A program made the position numbers and the translations under genes. Shown piece after piece: positions 9,652 through 18,213 of a DNA stretch of 64,000 bases. Origin of the DNA: a virus (Duplodnaviria > Caudoviricetes); the IMG/VR virus record IMGVR_UViG_3300021431_000075, positions 288,001-352,000 of that record; one strand, written 5' to 3'. The notes under the pieces are model-generated. The model saw only the letters and a program-made list of their open reading frames with translations. It was not told the DNA's origin and searched no databases. Position 1 is the stretch's first letter. Each line of letters opens with the position of its first letter.

Positions 9652-10212
9652 CTAAACGTGCGGAAGTATGAGGAACTCGATGGCCGCCCACAGCGCGACT
9701 GCAACCGCGAGTATGACGCGACCGTTCGAGAACAGCCTCTCGTACAGGTCCGGATGGATCCATGAAGGCTCCTTGTCAGAATCATGCCGCGAGACGCCCG
9801 CACGGATTGCCGCGGGCTGCCCGACGTCTCCGCTGTCGTGCGGAACGAAGGCTCCGTCCTCGTCGTCGGAACTGTCGTCTGCTCCGTCTGCGGATTCGGA
9901 AGCCTGCCCGGATTCTCCGGATGCCTCTGTGATGATTATGCCCGGAACGTCTGTTACGGTTCCGCAGCCGGAATCGCTTTCCATATCAACGCGCGTACTG
10001 TCCGGAAGTCCGGGGTTGTCTTGATTGTCTTTATCAGCGCATGTGACGCAAGTCTCCTGTTCTGCAACCGGTTTCCGTGACATTGCAGCAGCATCGGTTT
10101 CCGTGACGCCTGTCTCCTGTTCCGCGCTGTCCGGGATTCCGCGGTCCGAAGCCGGAACCATCGCCGCAGCCGGTATGAGCACGCGCCTATGTCTTCTTTG
10201 TTCGTTTGCCAT
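9652..10212 (-). CDS. acidic protein with C-terminal transmembrane anchor
   Basis: D/E/S-rich body; VILAVAVALWAAIEFLIL at C-terminus; upstream host-type promoter at 10378-10409. Confidence 0.65.
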   Translation of the reverse strand: MANEQRRHRRVLIPAAAMVPASDRGIPDSAEQETGVTETDAAAMSRKPVAEQETCVTCADKDNQDNPGLPDSTRVDMESDSGCGTVTDVPGIIITEASGESGQASESADGADDSSDDEDGAFVPHDSGDVGQPAAIRAGVSRHDSDKEPSWIHPDLYERLFSNGRVILAVAVALWAAIEFLILPHV

Positions 10213-10377
10213 CAGTCATGTCATGTTTCATTTCTGCGCACAATCTCTGCCGTCTGTTCGGGGATGCGTCCGCGCCGCCTTTGCAAAAGCAATGAATATG
10301 GCGTACAAGAACAATCAGTCCGAAACTGTCCGGCGGCGCGGGTCCCCTGATGAAACAGACACAGATTCATGCTGGTG

Positions 10378-10409
10378 CAAAGGTATGCATTTTCTGTGAG
10401 CCGTGCAAG
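10378..10409 (-). promoter_or_regulatory. Bacteroidota primary-sigma promoter (-33/-7)
   Basis: CTTG-N20-TACCTTTG on - strand. Confidence 0.6.
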
Positions 10410-12516
10410 AATAATGACGGAAAAACTCGCGATTTGTATATTTTTAACATTTCAGGCGGATACAGGAGTTATACGGTTTTGTGTTACGCATTTCTGTATA
10501 ATGTGTTTCCGGATGCGGTTCTCCAATGATTTGCATAATTATTCAGCCAAATGAATATGCGACTTTTTGTATATACGGTATAATTATGCATATATTCATG
10601 CATCTTGCATATACGGTTTCATTGCATAATTATGCATTCATATCTACGGAGATGAAGTCTGCCGGATGAAGAATCCTAACAAAAGCTAAAGCATTTTCAC
10701 TATTGTTAGGACTTTCCATGCGCGCCAGCCGGTTTATGCGCAAGCCGCCTGTTCAAGACAAATGCAGTATTTTGCCATGGGAAAGCAATCAGGGAATGCT
10801 CTGTACGAGTCCGTTGTGGATGATGTGGCAAATGCTGCCGGAAAGAAACCGTAAGAAAGCACGGATGAGTCAAGGAGCGTGTGCAGTGTCTTTCTGCAGC
10901 CGCTCCGCTTCTTGTATATGCGATATAGTGCTGTGCTGCCTTTTCATCACGAAAAGTTCGTGACGAAAAATTCGCGATGACGCTGTCTTGCGAGTCCGGA
11001 CCCGTGACACTCGTGAATGCTGAGCAAGAATCCATTCTTTATATGTAATGCGCCTTTTATGGAAGAATGACCGTCCGTGTACCGGACAGTGTGTGTGAGT
11101 GACCGTGCATTTCCGGACTTGTATATGCAGTATGCGGATTCAGAACGCAAGGTTTATGCCTTGTTTCACGGAAAGCAAGGTGTATTCCTTGTTTAATGAC
11201 GGCGCCGGAACGCTGTGTCGGAAACCGGCGGACCGAATGCAATGATATTTCACGATGAACCGGTTTTTGAACGAAGATATGAATGAACAGATGAACAAGC
11301 GGTTGAACAAGCGGAAACCGTATGGAATCGCGAAACGGCTACGTTCTGTGCAACGGACGCGCGGTCGGCTGCATCCGCGTCTTGGCGGCATAACGCCGGC
11401 TTGAGACCGCTGCTATGATAGGGAATGCGGATGAAACCGCGGGTGCGGAGCATGATGATGCGCGAATGCGGATAGATGGACGCTGCCGGGACCGGGAATA
11501 TCGGAAAGATTGGCGGAAGAAGCCGGCAATGCGGAGAATGTTAGGGATAAATCCGTGAGTAAGGAAGAATATGATATAGATTTATGGAGATTTGCGGATG
11601 AATTTATCGGGCGGATGCCGGTTTGTAGGGATTCCGGGGGAATGGTCCGGACGACTTTCCTGATTTTGACAGGCGGAATGCACGGAACCGGGGAAGAACG
11701 GATGATTTGCGGACAGGATAATGGAAAGAACTTGAATGACGGCTGGAAATATTAGGCGTATTGATGCGATTTCGGCATTGAGTGTGTCGAATGCGAGCGA
11801 CTGTAGGCAAGAGACCTTGACTTGCTCGGGTTCTGCAAGCCGAATGAAGCCGCGGATGCACGTCTTGAGACCGAAAATGATTCGGTTTCGGCTGCGGAAT
11901 GAACAGAATGTTCGCCGAAAGGTTGTAGGCTTGAGACCTTTTTAAGATTGTGCGGAAGCCGAGCTTGAGACCGAGGGAAGATTTGACTTAGGCAAATACG
12001 GAAATATTAAGCCGATATTGTATTGATTTTTGGAGAGCCTGAAGTTCAAGAAGTTAAGTTTTTCCTCAGATGAGATAAATAAAGGTTCAGAAGGTGTCTA
12101 TTTGGCTCTATATGGCATTTTCATACACAAAGTGTATGAACGGTAGTCTAAAATTCAAACGGCTCTTATATGCGATTTTTTAATCTTGTATATAATGACT
12201 GGTTTCTTTTGACTACATATGTGTGTTTCTTAAATCTTAACATCTTTCTTTGATTCTTCGGATTATTATCTTCATATGTTGGACTTACAGATGGTGGTTG
12301 TTCAAACAAGAACAAGTCTGAATTCATATCATCAATAAAGATAATAATAAACTATGGACATAAATAAGACTTCTGGAACCATTCACTATACCATTTAGTA
12401 TATAGAGTTATTTTTAATCCGTCGTTGTTCTTATGTATGTTAAGGTTTCTTCCTTTCGACTCGGTTCTTTGTTTATAGTTTGATTATGCTGTTTTAATTC
12501 AAAAAATACCTGCATG

Positions 12517-12630
12517 GGTTTCTTGCTCACAATTTGCAATGGATTCAACCAATCAGTTAATGTTGGTCTCTTGCACACAACTTGCACAGGTCTCTTGCTC
12601 ACAACTCACGCAGGTTTCTTGCTTGCGCAA
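12517..12630 (+). repeat. Iteron-like repeats GGTYTCTTGC(WCACAA), 24-bp phased
   Basis: Copies start at 12517, 12565, 12589, 12613; inverted copy GCAAGAGACC at 11807-11816. Confidence 0.8.
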
Positions 12631-13689
12631 TAAGCATAATATTGATTTTAACTATATCCGGTTTATGAAAGAATGGTTCCATTGCATTTGCTTCAGTTCT
12701 CTTTGCATCAGTTCCTTTTCGCTTGGTTCTTTGCAATGATGTTCTTTTTCAACTTGGATTCTTACGCTTGGTTCTATTCTATTTGTATCTCACATTCTTT
12801 GTATCTAATATCCAGTTTCAATTGCGCTTGGTTTTGCACTTGCATATAAAGTACTGGTTCCTTGCCTGCAAGCAGTTCAACTAACCAATGACCGGTTTCA
12901 TGCCTGCGCATTCACTGCACCCTTTCAACTTCCAATTGCGAAGAAAAGAACCAAAAGCCGGTTGTGCTCTGAACATAATGAACATAACGCTTTGCTGTTT
13001 GACGACTGTTTGGTTCCTTTCCCTTTTCATTATAGTTCGCTTTGCGAGTTAGAGTCAGTTCTGCTCTCTTGTATTTTACTCATTTTCTTACAGCAATGAC
13101 TTTTGTCCAGTTATTGACCCGCTTAATATATCATCCCCCATCACATAATTTACTAAGCGGGTCGGAAATTGGACACTTTTCACACGGTTTCTTTTTGCTT
13201 GCATTGATTCGACTAACCAATGTCACTTTTAACAAAAAAGAAAGCATAACATAGTTTTTCGCAACCAGAACTAACAACACACCCTGCTGTACGATTGGTT
13301 CTCGAAGCGAAACAGTCTTGCGGACGGCAATATATGCGCTAATGCGATTCGACAGACAGGTGAATTCGTTTATAGCGCTTGCTTGGTTTGCACGGTTCCT
13401 TGCCATTGTGTCATGCAAGCAGTTTCATTATCAGATTATTGGTTCTCGGCATCCTTCTCACCTACCGATGCAATCGCTTGCAGAGACGGTCGTGTCGGTT
13501 GGTCTCGGTTCCGTTCTCTTGCGATTCGCAAGCGCGGTTCCGTGTTTCGTGTACCCTTCTTGTTGTTGCTTCATTTCCGGCAGGTGACTGCATTCAGCGG
13601 ATTCTTCCGCAGAACCGCTATGCGGGTCATCGTATCGTGATGTTTCAGGACTGCTGACTTAGAAACGAATGCACATCATCGGTTCCTGC

Positions 13690-13953
13690 TTGCAGGCATT
13701 GGAACGGATTGAGACGGGTGCGGTCGTTCGCGTCCATGGCAGACGGCTTCCCTATGCAGCATGATTAGTTCTCGATGCGGATTGGAGTGAATGGACTGTT
13801 TGTCTTGGACTTCTGTTCGTTATGTGTTCTGGATTCCTTTTTTTATTTTATGCAATAAATAAACAAAATGCATTTTTTGATTAAATGAGAAAACAAAATA
13901 AGAGAGCTCTTTACGAGAGCATCATGAGAGATGTTGCTAAGGTTGTCAAGAGA
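13690..13953 (+). repeat. Direct repeat copy 1 (upstream region, late box, MRKQNK leader)
   Basis: Near-identical to 14874-15144. Confidence 0.9.
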
Positions 13954-14472
13954 CGACTGAGCGAGGGTTTATATGACTTTGATTCAACAAATTCATACGA
14001 TGATGTTGATGACATTATTAATAGAAGAGATGAAGAAAGACGCAGAAATGAATTTGCTGAAAAATATGAAATTGTTGACAAAATGCCAATAGAAGGTTTT
14101 AGGAGAGTTGTGAATAAAAATACAGGCAAAGAAAATTATATAGACTCAAAAGGTCGTTTTATTTCAAGAAATTGGTATGATAGGTGTTATCCGTTCAATA
14201 AAGAAGGTTATGCAAAAGTTAGAACAACAAAAGTTAGAACAAATAATTTTGGAGAACGATACACATATAATCTTATGAATAAAGACGGACGTATTTTGTT
14301 TGGGTACTGGTGTGAAGAGTTGCATGATTTAAAGGACAGCGATTATGTATTAGTTAAGATAAACGGTTCTTATAATTTTATAGATCTGCATGAAAGATTT
14401 TTGTTTAATTCATGGTTTAAATCCAAAGCCGATGCTTTAGAAGCTTATTATAAACATTATGAAAAATTGTAA
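13885..14472 (+). CDS. short WG-repeat protein with MRKQNK...LYESI leader
   Basis: MRKQNKRALYESIMRDVAKVVKRRLSE then ENYIDSKG, YNLMNKDG, YNFID repeats; ATAAATA 13855-13861. Confidence 0.85.
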   Translation: MRKQNKRALYESIMRDVAKVVKRRLSEGLYDFDSTNSYDDVDDIINRRDEERRRNEFAEKYEIVDKMPIEGFRRVVNKNTGKENYIDSKGRFISRNWYDRCYPFNKEGYAKVRTTKVRTNNFGERYTYNLMNKDGRILFGYWCEELHDLKDSDYVLVKINGSYNFIDLHERFLFNSWFKSKADALEAYYKHYEKL

Positions 14473-14511
14473 GATGGATAACAGAATTATTGGAATATAA
14501 TTAAAAGAAGC

Positions 14512-14546
14512 AAAAGTCGTTCTGCCAAAATCAGAGCGACTTTTTT
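14512..14546 (+). terminator. Intrinsic terminator (AAAGTCG...CGACTTTT type)
   Basis: Stem plus T6 after 13885..14472. Confidence 0.75.
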
Positions 14547-14641
14547 GTAAGAGTTATGTCAATTTCAATGAACAGTTATGTTTGTTCTGTTTCTTTTGGA
14601 CATTCTCAATAAATATCAATATAAACCATGCTGTTGGAAAA

Positions 14642-14896
14642 ATGTCTGCATATAAATTCTTGAATGAAAGCTTGCTGGATGATGTTGAAACTGATGATGT
14701 TGATGATGTTGATATAGAAGCAGAAGATAGTTTTGCGGGAGAAGAGCCTTTTGTTTGGGTTTTTAAATACGAACACACTGTTCCGTCATGCACGAGGGAT
14801 TATCTCAATAAGATACTGGCAAGCAGCGAGTGTGTTGGAAAGTTTGACGAACTTATGTTTAATGATGACTATATTGCAGGCATTGGAACGGATTGA
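14642..14896 (+). pseudogene. Truncated chimeric ESLLD-family gene
   Basis: MSAYKFLNESLLDDVETDD...DDYIAGIGT nearly identical to the start of 18214..19887, then stops on entering the 14874 repeat. Confidence 0.85.
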
Positions 14897-15144
14897 GACG
14901 GGTGCGGTCGTTCGCGTCCGGAGCCGATGGCTTCCCTAATGCAGTCCCATGCAGCACGATTGGTTCATGATGCGGATTGGAGTGAATGGACTGTTTGTCT
15001 TGGACTTCTGTTCGTTATGTGTTCTGGATTCTTTTTTTTTGTGCAATAAATAAACAAAATGCATTTTTTGATTAAATGAGAAAACAAAACAAGAGAGCTC
15101 TTTACGAGAGCATCATGAGAGATGTTGCTAAGGTTGTCAAGAGA
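14874..15144 (+). repeat. Direct repeat copy 2
   Basis: Near-identical to 13690-13953. Confidence 0.9.
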
Positions 15145-16110
15145 AAGCTTAACGAAGAAGATGACCTTTATGATTCAGAAACCGGTAGTAAGAGATATCG
15201 TATATTCCAGAGACTAAGTGACGGCATGGCAATTATTACTAAATACCATAGATATAATTTTATAAACAGAGATGGATTTATCATATCACCTACTTGGTTT
15301 GATTGGGTTGGTAATGATTTTTATGAGGGTTTTGCAAGAGTCGAGAAAAATGACAAATGTAATTTTATAGATAAAAATGGCAATTTGCTTCTTGATGAAT
15401 GGATGTTTGATCGAGTTAGTGATTTTCATGAGGGTTTTGCAAGAGTCTGGAATGACGACAAATGTAATTTTATAGATAAAAATGGCAATTTGCTTCTTGA
15501 TGAATGGTTTGAAGGAGTTGGTAATTTTCATGAGGGTTTTGCACCAGTCTGGAACAAGGAAGACCGGAAAATGAATTTCATAGATAAAAACGGAGATCTT
15601 TTATGTCGTGAATGGTTTGATGAAGTTGATGATTTTCATGAGGGATTTGCAAGAGTCTTGAAAAATTACAAATGTAATTTTATAGATAGAAATGGCAATT
15701 TGCTTTTTGATAAATGGTTTGATCGAGTTGGTGATTTTCATGAAGGTTTTGCACCGGTCTGGAACAAGGAAAACTGGAAAATGAATTTCATAGATAGAAA
15801 CGGAGATCTTTTATGCAGTGAATGGTTTGATGAAGTTAGCAATTTCAAGGACGGTTACGCAATAGTCCGTTTGAGATATGAGGAGAATGTTATTAATACC
15901 GACGGGAAATATATGCTTCCTGAATGGTACGACTATTGTTATCCGAAGAGAAACGGCGAGATAATGGTTATGCGTCGTAGAGGAACTGGTTTCCAGATTG
16001 GTGAGTACGACTCGAGAGGCAGATTCAACGGCGAATGGCGCGATATTGATAAGAACAGTCGTGAATATAAGTTATTCATCGGAAGAAGAATAAACTTACA
16101 ATATAAATAG
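15076..16110 (+). CDS. WG-repeat protein with MRKQNK...LYESI leader
   Basis: Leader ends RKLNE; five near-identical F(H/Y)EGFAxV...NFIDxNG...WF units; ATAAATA 15046-15052. Confidence 0.92.
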   Translation: MRKQNKRALYESIMRDVAKVVKRKLNEEDDLYDSETGSKRYRIFQRLSDGMAIITKYHRYNFINRDGFIISPTWFDWVGNDFYEGFARVEKNDKCNFIDKNGNLLLDEWMFDRVSDFHEGFARVWNDDKCNFIDKNGNLLLDEWFEGVGNFHEGFAPVWNKEDRKMNFIDKNGDLLCREWFDEVDDFHEGFARVLKNYKCNFIDRNGNLLFDKWFDRVGDFHEGFAPVWNKENWKMNFIDRNGDLLCSEWFDEVSNFKDGYAIVRLRYEENVINTDGKYMLPEWYDYCYPKRNGEIMVMRRRGTGFQIGEYDSRGRFNGEWRDIDKNSREYKLFIGRRINLQYK

Positions 16111-16145
16111 ATAAAATCTTCATATGTGATAGTAAAAACAATATT

Positions 16146-16180
16146 AAAAAGTCGTATGCATAACACATGCGACTTTTTTT
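16146..16180 (+). terminator. Intrinsic terminator (AAAGTCG...CGACTTTT type)
   Basis: Stem plus T7. Confidence 0.75.
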
Positions 16181-16236
16181 GTGTTATGTTTGTCTGTGGC
16201 GTGTTCTGCAGAATATTTGTTTCCGTTATATTCGGA

Positions 16237-16316
16237 TTTGTATATACCGGGTTATATATGCTATATTTGCAAGGTAATCTGCTGCTGTGTATCGCCGGGG
16301 TGTTGGATGATAAATA
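16237..16316 (+). promoter_or_regulatory. Host-type promoter plus GATAAATA box upstream of 16338
   Basis: TTTG 16237-16240, N21, TATATTTG 16262-16269; GATAAATA 16309-16316. Confidence 0.55.
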
Positions 16317-16337
16317 CAAAAAACTATTCATTTTTGA

Positions 16338-18167
16338 ATGAAAGCGTCTGTGTATGGTAAATTTTCGAACAAGTGTCTGGATGAAAGCCTGATGAATAAT
16401 ATAGAGCCTGATGAAGTTGAAGATGTTGATATAGAAGTTGATGGTAGATATGATGTGCATTTTGATTTTGTCATAGACGGACTTGTTAGTCAAAAGGACC
16501 ATTATTTTACGGATTTGTCTTATCGCGATATTTTTGAACGGATGGTTTTTGTTTTTAAAAACATAGAGTCATCTGGCGTTGGTTTGTGGTGGAAATTCAA
16601 TTGGAATAATGATAAAGTGGCAGGATTTGTGCAGATAAAGATAGACGAGTATTTTGATTTTGATAGATTCTGCAATCTGTTCATGAAACTGTTTTTTGCA
16701 AAGAATCATATCAATACCATAATATATTCTAATACTAATGCCACATTTGAAGACGAGTACGAATATAAGTTGAAAACGAAGTTTTCCGAAGACATTGTCG
16801 TGGAATACGAGTTCTTTGCTGACCAGTTCGGAACGTTGTTGAGAATAGTCAATAAAAATCAGTTATTGGATTTTATTCGAATGGTATTTCGCGATAACAT
16901 ATCAGAAGACGTAGTCATCAAGACTTTCGCGGATGCGTTTATGAACTGGCAGAAACAAGACGGAAAAGAAACTGTAATTTGTTTCGATAAAGAAGGAAAC
17001 AATCCGTTTTATTTCGTGAATGCAAACGGAACCATGTTTACAAGCCAACAGTTTTACAAGATTTATCATTTTAAAAATGGTTTTGCAAAAGTTAAAAGAA
17101 AATGTAGCCAAAGTTCGTCAAATGAAGGATATGAATATAATTTCGTAGATAAGAACGGAAAGTGCATTTCTGACAAATGGTTTATAGAGGCATGGGATTT
17201 CAGCAGCGAAGGTTTTGCAAAAGTTAATCGGGGATATAAATATAACTACATAGACAAGAAAGGAAATTGCATTTCTGACGAAGGGTTTAACTGGGTTGAT
17301 GATTTGTTCGAAGGTGGATTCGGAATCGTCAGAACATGGGGCAGAAACGAGAACCTCATATATAATTATGTAGATAAGAACGGAAAATACATTTCATACA
17401 AATGGTATGGAGAAGCATGGCATTTTAGCGAAGGCTTTGCAGTGGTCAAATGCAACGGGAAATATAATTTCATAAACAAATACGGAAATTATATTTCGCG
17501 CGACTGGTTTGATTATGTCAATTCGTTCAATGAAGGAGTTGCATGGGTTGAGATTGGCAAAAAAACGAATTTCATAGATAAGAACGGAAAGTATATTTTT
17601 AAAGATTGGTTGCAAGAGTCAATATCAGTAAACAATTTCCGCAATGGTTTTGCATGTGTTTATGACAGTACAAAGCGTAAATATAATCTCATAGACAAGA
17701 CGGGAAAATATATTTCAGGCAAATGGTTCGATGCTATACATACTGGTTTTAATAAAGACGGAAGAGCAGTGGTAGAAATCAACGGAGAATATAATTTCAT
17801 AGACAAGAGAGGAAACATAATTCTTAAAAATGGGTTTAGATGTAGACAAATTAGTTCTTTTGTTGGAAGTTTTTATGATGAAGGTCTTTTGTTAGTCAAG
17901 GTGGGTAGAGAAGGATATAATTTCATAGATAAGAACGGAGAATACTTGTACAAGAATGGTATGTTTGAAAGATGTAGTGAGTTTCATAACGGAGTATCTA
18001 TGTGTACAAAATATGGAAGAAATGGATACTTGACGACTTCTGGAGAATTCATTTGTGACGGAGGAGATCTTTTTTCAATTGTGCGTCCTTTAAAAGATAT
18101 CTTCATATTGCGGTACGGAACCGGCGCGATGGTTGATTCAAACGGAGAACTTGTCTCGTTGATTTAA
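16338..18167 (+). CDS. WG-repeat protein with ESL acidic leader
   Basis: CLDESLMNNIEPDEVED; many YNFxDKNG repeats; C-terminus VDSNGELVSLI. Confidence 0.92.
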   Translation: MKASVYGKFSNKCLDESLMNNIEPDEVEDVDIEVDGRYDVHFDFVIDGLVSQKDHYFTDLSYRDIFERMVFVFKNIESSGVGLWWKFNWNNDKVAGFVQIKIDEYFDFDRFCNLFMKLFFAKNHINTIIYSNTNATFEDEYEYKLKTKFSEDIVVEYEFFADQFGTLLRIVNKNQLLDFIRMVFRDNISEDVVIKTFADAFMNWQKQDGKETVICFDKEGNNPFYFVNANGTMFTSQQFYKIYHFKNGFAKVKRKCSQSSSNEGYEYNFVDKNGKCISDKWFIEAWDFSSEGFAKVNRGYKYNYIDKKGNCISDEGFNWVDDLFEGGFGIVRTWGRNENLIYNYVDKNGKYISYKWYGEAWHFSEGFAVVKCNGKYNFINKYGNYISRDWFDYVNSFNEGVAWVEIGKKTNFIDKNGKYIFKDWLQESISVNNFRNGFACVYDSTKRKYNLIDKTGKYISGKWFDAIHTGFNKDGRAVVEINGEYNFIDKRGNIILKNGFRCRQISSFVGSFYDEGLLLVKVGREGYNFIDKNGEYLYKNGMFERCSEFHNGVSMCTKYGRNGYLTTSGEFICDGGDLFSIVRPLKDIFILRYGTGAMVDSNGELVSLI

Positions 18168-18213
18168 TTGTTTGATATTCAATAAATATGAATATAAACA
18201 ATGTTGTGAATAA

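Larger units (their letters stand above)
10213..13850. other. Large noncoding strand-switch region, candidate replication origin
   Basis: No convincing ORF; gene orientation mostly flips; AACC/GAGACC motifs left and GGTT/GGTCTC motifs right of an AT-rich core near 12.0-12.5 kb. Confidence 0.5.

Noticed and set aside
9437-9763. 108-aa ORF as a real gene
   Set aside because: Chimeric reading: off-frame part of 9652..10212 joined to the tnpB remnant
12517-12630. Mini CRISPR array for the TnpB-like nucleases
   Set aside because: Period is only 24 nt with about 8-nt linkers, too short for spacers, and far from the nucleases
10369-13657. Short ORFs in the strand-switch region
   Set aside because: No consistent strand, codon pattern or motifs; composition is explained by oriented DNA motifs
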